This document shows positions 1 through 12,220 of a stretch of DNA of 32,000 nt, in pieces. Source of the stretch: Pseudomonadota bacterium (GTDB taxonomy: Bacteria; Pseudomonadota; Gammaproteobacteria; Steroidobacterales; Steroidobacteraceae). The stretch is taken from positions 52,541-84,540 of the forward strand of contig JAFEDS010000018.1 in assembly GCA_018241505.1 (NCBI GenBank). Direction: 5' to 3'. Made by a program: the position numbers and the translations under genes. The notes under the pieces are model-generated. The model worked only from the letters and a program-made list of their open reading frames with translations, ran no database searches and was not told the origin of the DNA. Numbering within the stretch: the stretch's first letter is position 1; each line of letters starts with the position of its first letter.

Positions 1-638
1 ACACCGGTTACATCAAGGTGCTGACCCGGTGGGTGCTAACGGAAGCGATCCGGCAATGTGGCGAATGGCTCGGCACCGGCCTGCAGTGGCAGGTCTGCGT
101 CAACATCTCGGGCCGCGATCTCATGAATCGGGATTTGCCGCAGCAGATTGCCGCATTGCTCGCCGAACATTGCGTACCGGCGGGATTGGTCTGCCTGGAG
201 ATCGCCGAGAGCGGCTTCATGGAGGATCCAGCGCACGCCCGGAAAATCCTCGAGCGCCTCTCGGGCATGGGGCTGCGCCTGGCGATCGATGACTACGGCG
301 TGAACCACTCGTCCTTGTCGTACCTCATGAATCTGCCGGTGCAGGAGCTCAAGATCGATCGTTTCTTCGTCGGCGGGATCGTAGCCAATCCCGACCTGTC
401 GAACGTGGTGCGCTCGACCATCGAGTTGGGTCACCACCTCGGCATGAAGGTCGTGGCTGAGGGTGTCGAAGACGGGGACGCCTGGAACCTGCTGGAGGCG
501 CTCGGCTGTGATGATGCGCAGGGCTTCTTTCTCAGCCCACCTCTGGAAGCCGCGGCGCTCGTCGAGTGGATGCGACACCACGACGGTGCCCACCGGCGCA
601 ATACCTCGGTGACTAGTATGCGCGGCCGCGGGGCCTGA
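1..638 (+). CDS. EAL-domain c-di-GMP phosphodiesterase, C-terminal part (5' end lies outside the window)
   Basis: The frame is open from base 3 (TGYIKVLTRWVL...), so the gene is cut by the window edge. EAL-family motifs seen: LEIAES, DDYGVNHSSLSYL, KIDRFFV, VAEGVE, QGFFLSPP. Stop at 636-638. Confidence 0.9.
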   Translation, partial: TGYIKVLTRWVLTEAIRQCGEWLGTGLQWQVCVNISGRDLMNRDLPQQIAALLAEHCVPAGLVCLEIAESGFMEDPAHARKILERLSGMGLRLAIDDYGVNHSSLSYLMNLPVQELKIDRFFVGGIVANPDLSNVVRSTIELGHHLGMKVVAEGVEDGDAWNLLEALGCDDAQGFFLSPPLEAAALVEWMRHHDGAHRRNTSVTSMRGRGA

Positions 639-1659
639 TCTGCATCTCCCGCATCCGGTAGTCGATGACCAGTACGTCGAAGGACCCTAACACATCCATG
701 CCCATGAAGACGGTGGGCTCGCGTGTCATTTTGAGGTGATCGAACAGGTACATGTCGGCAAATGTCACCCGCACGCCACGCAGCTTCAGTGTTCCAAATT
801 CCATCGGCGGAGTGCTGACCGTGTTGCCCGGTTGAACATCCAGCGTCACACCGATGATGTCCTCCGTTGCCGCGTCCTTGGGCGGGTATTTTTTCAACGC
901 TTCCAGCAGCGCAAGATTGCCGACAGTCTGCTGGCCGCCGGTATCGATGATGGCCATGGCGCGGATGGACCCGATCCGCACCTCGGTGGAAAGCAGGCCG
1001 CCCCGCGTCAACTTCAAGGGCACGACACTGAAGCCGGGCGGCGCACGCTCCCGATGGGAGCGGGAGATGGTCAACACGTCCTTGGTGAAGTCCGCGTAGA
1101 TCCGCTTGTCGGGCATGCCTTCGCGGCCAAGAACGCCTTCGGCGCCGCCAAACACATCGGCGACAATCGGCAGTGTCGACGGTTCGATCAACACGGCGCC
1201 CACCTCCATGCGATCAACACGCAGGGCCGGGACAACCGCTGAACCGGTGACGCCGCGAACTACGATATTGCCGGTCTGCGAGCCCATTCCCAGGCTGTCG
1301 GCAACACGGCCGATGATGGCGGAGTGACTGGCACCCGTGTCGAGCACGAGGCGAAAGGGACCCTTGCCGTTAATCAACACCGGCGCCCAGATCCGGCCGA
1401 TCCGGTCACGCAGAGTCGGGGCTACATACTTCGGCTCATTGGCCTCGACGACGACTTCCGGAGGTGCGGTGCTGGCCGCGGGTGGAGAACTGGCGGTGCC
1501 AATGGCAGGCGGGGGTTCGGGTGTCGCAGCGGAGCGGGCTGCTTGAGAATTCAGAAGAAAGCAGCATCCGAGCAGCCCGCACAACAGGCTGTCACCGGCG
1601 TGCCGGCGGACTCGCGCGACCAGCGGATTCTGGATGGCCACGTGCCGAGTGTACGCCAC
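613..1659 (-). CDS. Secreted or lipoprotein-like protein with two tandem retropepsin-like (clan AA) aspartic protease domains
   Basis: 348-aa ORF. Hydrophobic N-terminus (LLCGLLGCCFLL) followed by a Pro/Ala-rich linker. Two separate catalytic-type motifs, LVLDTGASHSAII and AIIDTGGQQTVG, each followed by the retropepsin-like G-rich flap and a C-terminal LG/MD..LG segment. Confidence 0.7.
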   Translation of the reverse strand: MAYTRHVAIQNPLVARVRRHAGDSLLCGLLGCCFLLNSQAARSAATPEPPPAIGTASSPPAASTAPPEVVVEANEPKYVAPTLRDRIGRIWAPVLINGKGPFRLVLDTGASHSAIIGRVADSLGMGSQTGNIVVRGVTGSAVVPALRVDRMEVGAVLIEPSTLPIVADVFGGAEGVLGREGMPDKRIYADFTKDVLTISRSHRERAPPGFSVVPLKLTRGGLLSTEVRIGSIRAMAIIDTGGQQTVGNLALLEALKKYPPKDAATEDIIGVTLDVQPGNTVSTPPMEFGTLKLRGVRVTFADMYLFDHLKMTREPTVFMGMDVLGSFDVLVIDYRMREMQIRPRGRAY

Positions 1660-1774
1660 TGCTTGGCGGGGCGCTCAGTGGACCTTACGTTTTGTGATTG
1701 AGTGGTTGAAAGCCCCCGCGGGAACATCAGGCGCCTTATAGTGACCCGTTCTGGCACAGCGGAAGGGGACCCCG

Positions 1775-2668
1775 GTGACTTGGAGATCGTGGTTGGCATT
1801 TGGCGCCTTGGGCGTGGTCTGGGGCCTGCCGTATTTTTTTATCAAGCTGGCGCTGGAGGACATCTCCCCCGTCGCCATTGCGTGGGGCCGGATCGCCCTC
1901 GGCGCGGCGATCCTACTGCCCATTGCGTGGAAACGCGGGAGCTTGCGGTCCCTGGCCGCCCACAAAGGTGCGCTCATTGCCTATGCTTTCGCGGAGCTGA
2001 TTGGACCGTTCCCGCTCATCTCGCTCGGGGAGAGCTGGATCAGCTCATCCCTCGCGGGAATCCTCGTTGCCACTCTGCCGTTGATTCTGATTGTTTTATC
2101 TCCGGCGTTCGGCTTGCGGGAGCCGTTGGGCGTCCGTCGCATAGTGGGTCTGGCGATAGGCTTCCTCGGCGTTGTGGTGCTGCTGGGAATCGGGTCGGTG
2201 CATGGACTGAAGGCCTGGGCCGGTGTGGGTTGCCTGTTGCTCGCCACCTTGGGGTATGCGCTCGCGTCCATCATTGTGCAGAAACACCTTTCCAACATCG
2301 ACGAGATGGGGGCGGTTGCGGTGTGCCTCGCGATTGCCGCGGTCGTGCTGTTTCCAGTCGCCCTCTGGTCGGCGCCTGATCACATGCCCAGCGCCATGTC
2401 CCTGGTGTCGGTCGGCGTACTCGGAGTCGTGTGCACAGCGCTCGCGTTGCAGCTCTATTTCTATCTCATCCAGCGTGCAGGAGCCGCCCGGGCTTCGGTG
2501 ATTACCTACATCAACCCAGCGGTAGCGGCGCTGTTGGGTGTGGGAATTCTGCACGAGCCGTTTGGAGTGGCGGGCGCGGTGGGTCTGGGGCTGATTCTGC
2601 TCGGGTCGTGGATGTCCACGAGCCGGGCCCCGGCGGTACTGGAATCAGAGCTGGACCCCGCGCGCTGA
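1775..2668 (+). CDS. EamA/DMT-superfamily transporter
   Basis: 297 aa with a GTG start. About 10 hydrophobic helices in two repeated halves. N-terminus WGLPYFFIKLAL and the overall pattern are typical of EamA-domain permeases. Confidence 0.85.
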   Translation: MTWRSWLAFGALGVVWGLPYFFIKLALEDISPVAIAWGRIALGAAILLPIAWKRGSLRSLAAHKGALIAYAFAELIGPFPLISLGESWISSSLAGILVATLPLILIVLSPAFGLREPLGVRRIVGLAIGFLGVVVLLGIGSVHGLKAWAGVGCLLLATLGYALASIIVQKHLSNIDEMGAVAVCLAIAAVVLFPVALWSAPDHMPSAMSLVSVGVLGVVCTALALQLYFYLIQRAGAARASVITYINPAVAALLGVGILHEPFGVAGAVGLGLILLGSWMSTSRAPAVLESELDPAR

Positions 2669-2699
2669 GCCAGCCGCTTTGATCTTCATGCAGGGCTGA

Positions 2700-3284
2700 T
2701 CAGCCGAAGGACCTCACGGCCGTCGTAATGGCCGTGGGGTCTGTAAGAAACACAAACGCCAGGCCCGCGAGCGCCCCGAACAGGTGGGCGTCGTGGTTGA
2801 TGTTGCCACGTCGGTTGCGCGATGAATACCAAGTGTAAGCCAGATACCCGACCGCAAACAGTGGGGCGGGAATCGGTACGGGCAGCGGCAGGATGTACAG
2901 CGATTGCCGCGGGAAGTACACGATGGATGCAAACAGTACGCCCAGGATGGCGCCGCTGGCGCCCAGGGAGGCATAGTCCGGGTCGTTGCGATGCTGGAAC
3001 ACCGTGCCCAGGTTGGCAATCAACAGCGAGCCGAAATACAACACCAGGAACTTCACCGAGCCGATCACCGGTTCCAGCTTGAATGCGAACGAGTAGAAGG
3101 TGATGAGATTGAAGAGCATGTGCGCGACATCGGCGTGCACAAATCCGCTGGTGAGCAGTTCCGCGTAGCCGCTTCCATTCGCGACCCGGTGGGGCCGCAG
3201 CAACGAGCGCTCGATGACTCGCGGTGAGCTCAGGCCAATGACACTGACAATGATGGTGACAACGAGAATGATCAGTGCGGCCAT
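2700..3284 (-). CDS. Rhomboid-family intramembrane serine protease
   Basis: 194 aa and polytopic. TM2 motif FVHADVAHMLFNL, catalytic GASGAILGV (GxSG), and a downstream HLFGALAG histidine helix. The start overlaps the soxG stop by 13 nt. Confidence 0.85.
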   Translation of the reverse strand: MAALIILVVTIIVSVIGLSSPRVIERSLLRPHRVANGSGYAELLTSGFVHADVAHMLFNLITFYSFAFKLEPVIGSVKFLVLYFGSLLIANLGTVFQHRNDPDYASLGASGAILGVLFASIVYFPRQSLYILPLPVPIPAPLFAVGYLAYTWYSSRNRRGNINHDAHLFGALAGLAFVFLTDPTAITTAVRSFG

Positions 3285-3778
3285 TGGAACTCGGCGGCGC
3301 TCGCCGCCAGCAGGTGTTGAAAGTCGAGGCTGTAGCTGCGCGGCACGGCCAGCTCGAAGCTGTCCGCGAGCCGCCAGAAAGTCAGCGGTATGTGGCCGGC
3401 GAGTGTGGCAGCGGCCGACCCCACTGGGAACGCCCGCGGGTGCAAATCGAGAGCAATGAATTTCGCGAGCACTGCGGGGACGTGCTGACCCGTGAGGCCC
3501 AGGATCTCATACGCGCCAATCTGATCTGACACGGTCGCCGATGAGTTGAATGCCTCGCGAAGCGAAGTGGCGAAGGTATCGGGCTCGTGGCCGCGGGTTG
3601 CAAGCCAGGTGCCCACACCGATGCCGATGAGTGCCAGGCCGGTCGACTCAACTCTGCGTGGCCCCTCCGGCAAATCCAAGTCGAATTGCTCGCGCACGGC
3701 ACGAGCAAGGTCGGCCGCGCGGCCCCTGCGGGCGGCGATCCGCGCAATGGCGAGAGTGTCGCGCTTCGTTATGTTCAT
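3272..3778 (-). CDS. soxG: Sarcosine oxidase family, gamma subunit
   Basis: 168 aa. Its position is immediately after soxA, with an ATGA start/stop overlap at 3775-3778. Size and GcvT-like fold-type sequence fit SoxG. The call is partly by synteny. Confidence 0.75.
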   Translation of the reverse strand: MNITKRDTLAIARIAARRGRAADLARAVREQFDLDLPEGPRRVESTGLALIGIGVGTWLATRGHEPDTFATSLREAFNSSATVSDQIGAYEILGLTGQHVPAVLAKFIALDLHPRAFPVGSAAATLAGHIPLTFWRLADSFELAVPRSYSLDFQHLLAASAAEFQWPH

Positions 3779-6711
3779 ACTCGCAATCGCAAACCGTCGG
3801 GATCGAAAAAGACCGGCTCCACAATATCAGCTTCGAAGTCGCCGTCGCGCAACGGATCATAAACGCGGATGCGCTCGCCCGTGCGTTCGCGCCCACGAAC
3901 CAGCAGGCCGAGGCCAATCCACTGGCCGAGCATCGGTGAATAGTTGGCGGAGGTGACATACCCCTGGTCGTTTTCCAGGGTCGGTTCGGTTCGCAAGGTG
4001 ACCAGGTGCGAGCCGACCCGGAGCTGCGCCCAGCGGTCGACCGGCTTGATTCCCACGAGCACGGGCCGATTCGGGTCGGTGAGGGCGGGGCGTTGTGACA
4101 AAACCCGGCCGATGAAGTCCTTGCGAGTGGACATCATGCGGCCGAGGCCCAGATCGGCGGCGGTGGCGGTGCCATTGATCTCGCCGCCGGCAATGTGACC
4201 TTTCTCCAGCCGCATCACCCCCAGTGCCTCGAGCCCGTAGGGAGCGATTCCAAGCGGCTCGCCGGCGGCCATGATGGCGCGAACCGCGGCATCCCCGTAG
4301 CAAGCGGGGATTGCCAGCTCGTAGGCAAGCTCGCCTGAGAACGAGATCCGGAACAGGCGGGCCGTGCGGCCGCCCCAGTTGAATTCGGCGCAGGCCATGT
4401 AGGGAAACGCTTCGTTGGATACATCCAGCGAGCCTTGCAGCAGGCGTTCCAACACCTGGCGCGAACGGGGACCGGCAACGGAGTACTGCGACCACTGCTC
4501 GGTCACCGAGGCAAGCTGCACATCGAGCTCGGGCCACAGAATCTGGCGCGCGTGCTCCAGGTGCTGCATGACTCTTGCGGCATTGACGGTGGTGGTCGAC
4601 ATGATGTATCGGTCCGTCGCCAGCCTGGCGGTGGTGCCGTCGTCCATCACGAAACCGTCTTCTCGCAGCACCAACCCGTAGCGGGTCTTTCCCACAGGCA
4701 GTGTCGAGAACACGTTGATATAGACCCGATCGAGAAAAGCGGCGGCGTCCGCGCCCTGGATGTCGATTTTTCCCAGTGTCGAGACATCACACACTCCGAC
4801 CTGGGAGCGCACTGTCTGCACTTCACGCGTGACGGTCTCGAGCCAATTACTTTCGCCGGGCGTCGCGAACCACTGCGCACGAAGCCAGTCGCCCGCTTCG
4901 ACAAAGGAAGCGCCGCGCTCCACGGCCCACCTGTGCCCCGCCGTGTAGCGCGTCGGACTGGAGTGTTTGCCTCGGTGCGCACCTGACATAGCGGCGATGG
5001 CCACCGGGGTGTATGGCGGACGGAACGTGGTCGTGCCCACCTCGGGAATGGCTTTCTCAGTGAGCGCAGCCATGATGGCGAGCCCGTTGATGTTGGAGGT
5101 TCTTCCCTGGTCGGTCGCCATCCCCAGGGTTGTATAGCGTTTCAGCAGCTCGACGGATCGATAACCCTCCCGGGCCGCCAGGGCGACATCCTCGGCGGTG
5201 ACATCGTTCTGGAAATCAACAAAAGCCTTGGAGCGCGATTCAACCCACCACAGTGGCGTCACACCGGTGCCTTCGTCATCGGTTCGCCAGTGAGTGAGCT
5301 CCGCGCCGGCGGCCTGAGCACCCGACTTCAGTGCCCCCGCCAGAGAAAACACGCCCGCTGCAGCCCCCGCCACGGCCATGCCCTTGGGCAACTCGCCCGG
5401 AACAAATGCCGAGATCGAATCCGACCACTTCGGCCGGTGGCCGAGGTGAGTAGTGAGTCCCACGGCGGGATTCCAGCCACCGGCGACGGCCAGGGTGTCG
5501 ACACTCAGTCGGGTGGTATGACCGTCCCGATCGCGAATGGTGATGGCGCGCAGGGATTTTGCGCCATGGGTGTCCGCTACCTGGGCGCCGAACCACGTTC
5601 GCTCCACGGAAATGTTTTTCGGCGCGACGGCATCGCGGCGCGCATCGATGACGGCTTCCACCGCCACTCCAGCCCTGGTCAGATCAGATGCGGTTTTCCA
5701 ACCATCATCCGAGGTGGTGAAGACCGCGACTGCGCGGCCCGGCGCAACCCCGAACCGATTGACATACGTGCGCACCGCGGATGCCATCATGACGCCGGGC
5801 CGGTCGTTGCCACCGAAGACGACAGGACGCTCAACCGCGCCCGAAGTGAGGATCGAGCGTTTTGCGATGATCTTCCAGAGACGTTGGCGCGGAAGATGCG
5901 GCGGCGGCACGAGAAGGTGATCGCAGACGCGTTCGACGGCACCAAACTCCCCGTCGTACACACCAAACACCGTAGTTCGTCGCAGGATGCGCACATCGCT
6001 CATCGATTCGAGCTCGGCTACGACCCCACGGGCCCAAGCCGAACCACTGACATCATCGATCTCGACCTGCTCGCAGTTGAGGCGGCCGCCGAGCACAAAA
6101 TCCTCATCGCACAAGCACACTCGCGCGCCGCTGCGCGCAGCCGTCAAAGCCGCTGCCAGGCCGGCAGGCCCGCCACCGATCACGAGCACATCACAGAAGA
6201 GATGGGCCTTCTCGTATTTGTCCGGGTCGGGTTCGTGGCCGGCGCGTCCCAGGCCGGCGGCCTGGCGAATCGCGGGCTCGTAGACCTTCTCCCAGAATGG
6301 CCGCGGCCACATGAATGTCTTGTAGTAGAACCCGGCGACAAACACCGGCGCGAACAACGAGTTGACGGCGCCAATGTCGAACCCCAGGGATGGCCAGCGG
6401 TTCTGGCTGTAGGCCTCGCACCCCGCATACAGCTCGGCGACAGTGGCCTTCGTATTGGGCTCGCGGCGCGCTCCGGTGCGCAGCTCCACCAGCGCGTTCG
6501 GTTCCTCCGAGCCGGCCGTCAACAGGCCGCGGGGCGGATGATATTTGAACGAGCGGCCCACCAACCTGACACCGTTGGCCAACAGCGCCGAGGCGAGCGT
6601 ATCCCCGGCAAAACCCGTCGAGTCCTGGTCGTCAAACTGAAACGCCAGGGGTCGGGTTCGATCAATCAGTCCACCGTGCTCGAGTCGATGCGGACCTGCG
6701 TGTCTGCTCAA
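3775..6711 (-). CDS. soxA: Sarcosine oxidase family, alpha subunit (FAD/NAD-binding N-terminal part plus aminomethyltransferase/GcvT-like folate-binding C-terminal part)
   Basis: Motifs seen: GDTLASALLANGVRLVGRSFKYHPPRG, VLVIGGGPAGLAAAL, and a C-terminal GcvT-like region. The longest ORF reaches 6804, but the conserved N-terminus begins at HRLEHGGLIDRTRPL. A TTG at 6711-6709 overlaps the soxD TGA (TTGA), so I place the start there. The start is uncertain. Confidence 0.92.
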   Translation of the reverse strand: MSRHAGPHRLEHGGLIDRTRPLAFQFDDQDSTGFAGDTLASALLANGVRLVGRSFKYHPPRGLLTAGSEEPNALVELRTGARREPNTKATVAELYAGCEAYSQNRWPSLGFDIGAVNSLFAPVFVAGFYYKTFMWPRPFWEKVYEPAIRQAAGLGRAGHEPDPDKYEKAHLFCDVLVIGGGPAGLAAALTAARSGARVCLCDEDFVLGGRLNCEQVEIDDVSGSAWARGVVAELESMSDVRILRRTTVFGVYDGEFGAVERVCDHLLVPPPHLPRQRLWKIIAKRSILTSGAVERPVVFGGNDRPGVMMASAVRTYVNRFGVAPGRAVAVFTTSDDGWKTASDLTRAGVAVEAVIDARRDAVAPKNISVERTWFGAQVADTHGAKSLRAITIRDRDGHTTRLSVDTLAVAGGWNPAVGLTTHLGHRPKWSDSISAFVPGELPKGMAVAGAAAGVFSLAGALKSGAQAAGAELTHWRTDDEGTGVTPLWWVESRSKAFVDFQNDVTAEDVALAAREGYRSVELLKRYTTLGMATDQGRTSNINGLAIMAALTEKAIPEVGTTTFRPPYTPVAIAAMSGAHRGKHSSPTRYTAGHRWAVERGASFVEAGDWLRAQWFATPGESNWLETVTREVQTVRSQVGVCDVSTLGKIDIQGADAAAFLDRVYINVFSTLPVGKTRYGLVLREDGFVMDDGTTARLATDRYIMSTTTVNAARVMQHLEHARQILWPELDVQLASVTEQWSQYSVAGPRSRQVLERLLQGSLDVSNEAFPYMACAEFNWGGRTARLFRISFSGELAYELAIPACYGDAAVRAIMAAGEPLGIAPYGLEALGVMRLEKGHIAGGEINGTATAADLGLGRMMSTRKDFIGRVLSQRPALTDPNRPVLVGIKPVDRWAQLRVGSHLVTLRTEPTLENDQGYVTSANYSPMLGQWIGLGLLVRGRERTGERIRVYDPLRDGDFEADIVEPVFFDPDGLRLRV

Positions 6712-6968
6712 TGAGCGCCCCCGGTCTGAACACGCAGGATCTCGTGAGTCACTGTGTCGCGGGTGACACACAGCCAGCTTCGGCACCCGTACGTGTGATA
6801 CCACAGCTCATTGTGAGGGCCGGCAGGGTTGTCGCGTAAATACACGGCTTCAAAGAAGCGTGCGGCGGCACCCGAAGCATGGGGATCCGGGCGCTCGATC
6901 CCGGCATCGCCGAGATACGAAAACTCATTCACGCTGCGCTCACCGCAGTACGGGCACTGGATTCGCAT
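6708..6968 (-). CDS. soxD: Sarcosine oxidase family, delta subunit (zinc-ribbon)
   Basis: 86 aa beginning MRIQCPYCGERSVNEFSYLGDA, with YHTYGCRSW later. This is the typical SoxD Cys pattern, and the gene lies between soxB and soxA. Confidence 0.9.
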   Translation of the reverse strand: MRIQCPYCGERSVNEFSYLGDAGIERPDPHASGAAARFFEAVYLRDNPAGPHNELWYHTYGCRSWLCVTRDTVTHEILRVQTGGAH

Positions 6969-6974
6969 ACGGAC

Positions 6975-8225
6975 TCAGTGAAGGTTGGGTTGGGCCCCGC
7001 GGCCGTTTTCGTCAATCAGGTGGCCGGTGGCGAACCGGTCGAGACGATAGGCACGTGCGACCGGATGAGCCTGCCCGGTCGCGAGCAGGTGCGCAAAACA
7101 CCAGCCGGATGCGGGTGTTGCCTTGAAGCCGCCATAGCACCAGCCGGCATTCAAATAAAGGCCGTCCATCGGCGTGCGGTCAATGATCGGTGAGCCATCC
7201 ATGCTCATGTCCATGATGCCGCCCCAGGAGCGCAGCATTCGAACGCGGCCCATGGATGGAATCAGTGCCATTCCGCTTTCACAGACATGCTCCACCGTCG
7301 GTAGATTGCCCCGCTGCGCATAGGAGTTGTAGCCGTCGATGTCGCCGCCGAACACCAGTCCACCCTTGTCGGATTGGCTGATGTAGAAGTGGCCCGCGCC
7401 CATGGTCACGACGCAGTCAATGAACGGCTTGATGGCTTCCGACACAAACGCTTGCAGAACGTGGCTCTCAATGGGTAACCGCAGCCCGGCCAGGTTCGCC
7501 AGCCGCGAAGTGTTGCCGGCCACTGCAATCCCGGTCTTGCCGGCCCGGATGGGACCGCGAGACGTTTGCACGCCTGCGATCCGTTCGCCCTCCCGAAGAA
7601 ATCCCGTCACTTCGCAGTTCTGAACGATGTCGACACCGAGATCGCTCGCGGCGCGGGCGTAGCCCCACACGACCGCGTCATGGCGCGCCGTGCCGCCCCG
7701 TCTTTGCAACAGGCCACCGAGGACCGGGAAGCGCGCGTTCTCGAAGTCGAGGAACGGCAGCATCCTGCGGACTCCTTCAGTGTCGAGCAGCTCGGCGTCC
7801 ACTCCATGCATGCGCATTGCGTTACCGCGGCGCGCATAGGCATCACGCTGCGCATCCGAATGGTACAGATTCAACACTCCCCGCTGGCTCACCATGGTGT
7901 TGTAGTTGAGATCCTGCTCCAGGCCTTCCCAGAGCCGCATGGACCATTCGTAGAACGGGTTGTTGCCCGGGAGCAGGTAGTTGGAGCGGATGATGGTTGT
8001 GTTGCGACCGGCATTGCCCGAGCCGATGTGGCGCTTCTCCAGCACGGCAACATTGCGGATACCGTGCACCTGCGCCAGGTAATAGGCCGTTGCCAACCCG
8101 TGTCCGCCGCCTCCGACTATGATGACGTCGTAAGCGGCTTTCGGGGCCGCATCGTGCCACGCGGGGGCCCAGTTGCGGTGCCTGGACAAGCTGTGCCGCA
8201 GAAGAGAGAAGAGGGAGTAACGCAT
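6975..8225 (-). CDS. soxB: Sarcosine oxidase family, beta subunit (FAD-dependent oxidoreductase)
   Basis: Dinucleotide-binding motif YDVIIVGGGGHGLATAYYLA. The conserved SoxB N-terminus MRYSLFSLLRHSLSRHRNW begins at the internal ATG 8225. The longest ORF starts at 8267. Confidence 0.92.
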   Translation of the reverse strand: MRYSLFSLLRHSLSRHRNWAPAWHDAAPKAAYDVIIVGGGGHGLATAYYLAQVHGIRNVAVLEKRHIGSGNAGRNTTIIRSNYLLPGNNPFYEWSMRLWEGLEQDLNYNTMVSQRGVLNLYHSDAQRDAYARRGNAMRMHGVDAELLDTEGVRRMLPFLDFENARFPVLGGLLQRRGGTARHDAVVWGYARAASDLGVDIVQNCEVTGFLREGERIAGVQTSRGPIRAGKTGIAVAGNTSRLANLAGLRLPIESHVLQAFVSEAIKPFIDCVVTMGAGHFYISQSDKGGLVFGGDIDGYNSYAQRGNLPTVEHVCESGMALIPSMGRVRMLRSWGGIMDMSMDGSPIIDRTPMDGLYLNAGWCYGGFKATPASGWCFAHLLATGQAHPVARAYRLDRFATGHLIDENGRGAQPNLH

Positions 8226-8283
8226 TGCCGCAAATGGTAGGGCGTGACGCGCTTCACGTCGAGTCAAAGTTGATTCAGATGAT

Positions 8284-9330
8284 ATGCTTAGGGGCAGGAA
8301 CGGTTGGAGTAATGCAATGGCGACTGCTTTGCAACAACGGCTTCTGCACCTGTGTGCTGCGGGAATCGGCGACCCGCAGGAGGTGGCGGATCTCGGCGCG
8401 ACGGACTGGGCGAGACTGCTGGTGATGGCCCGGCGTCATCGGTTGGGCCCGCTGCTGCACTCACGGTTGGTTGGCCGGCCGGTTGCCGACGCCGGTGCTC
8501 CGGGGATACCGAAGCCCTTTGCTGAAGCGATCGCCGCCAATTTCGACAAGCACTCGCGGCGTGCAGTGGAGCTGCAAGCGGAAGTCTCACGCATTCAACG
8601 CATCATGCGCGAGAACGAGATTCCGGTGGTATTCCTGCGCGGCGCCTTCCTGGCGTTTCACATCTACCGCCAGCCGGGATTGCGGCCCATGCGCGATCTC
8701 GATCTGCTGGTGCCGGAAGACCAGGTCGCCGAGGCCTCGCGCGCGCTCCGGACTTCAATCCTGCGCCGCCCGGGGCGTCCGGCGGAACAGCCCGTGCTGC
8801 GGATCGATGTTGAGTTCCATACCCGGTTGGCCGAGCAGTCGCGGCGTTGCGACCCGGCCTTCGATGCGGGAACCTGGAACCGGCTGATCAGTCGCGTGGT
8901 GGCGGAGGAGGAGATCTGGTATCTCGCGCCTGAGGATCAACTCCTGCATCTGATTCTACATACGTTGCAGGACAATCCGCGCAATTGCCATCCCATCGTG
9001 TTGACGGACATCGCGCAGTTGCTGGAGCAGACCGGCATCAACTGGCCGCAGTTCTGGCAACAGGCGCTGGTGGGCAACTGGTCGGCCGGTTGCTGGCTGC
9101 TGCTCAACCTGGCGAAGCACTTCTATCCGGCCGTGAGCTTTCAACCGCCGGAGGATGTTGAGCTGCCGCCGTTGCCGCCCGATCTGGGCGCCGTGGCGGC
9201 GACCCTGACACTGGGCGAGCCGGACGAGCGGCTGAAAATCTCGCGGCAGCTCAAGCTGCAGGTCCGCAACGGGCCGTTGCAGTTTGTCCGCGAGTTGCTC
9301 GGGCAGAGAAGCCGCCGCCTGGCGGATGTC

Positions 9331-9336
<6 letters not shown>
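8284..9336 (+). CDS. Uncharacterised nucleotidyltransferase (NTP_transf_5-like)
   Basis: 350 aa. The motif MRDLDLLVPEDQ and a following helical region resemble the PF14907-type nucleotidyltransferase family. The start could be the internal ATG at 8317 (MATALQQ...). The family assignment is from memory of the motif only. Confidence 0.6.
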
Positions 9337-12141
<2,805 letters not shown>

Positions 12142-12187
12142 GAGAGCGCAACTTCCCCCACGGCGCTGCGGGGCGCCGATTCCCCTA

Positions 12188-12220
12188 TTGTTGGATGTTG
12201 TTTAACAACTTACAACATAT
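12188..12220. promoter_or_regulatory. AT-rich nested dyad upstream of the MHYT kinase gene (candidate promoter/operator)
   Basis: TTGTTGGATGTTGTTTAACAACTTACAACATAT. The arms are ATGTTG...CAACAT (12195-12200 / 12213-12218) and an inner GTTG-TTTAA-CAAC. It is the only markedly AT-rich patch in the 132-bp polB-kinase spacer. Confidence 0.3.

Noticed and set aside
5290-6714. 474-aa plus-strand ORF
   Set aside because: It lies entirely antisense to soxA, which has unmistakable family motifs. Its translation is Arg/Gly/Pro/Ala-rich with no recognisable motif. Long spurious antisense ORFs are expected in GC-rich DNA.
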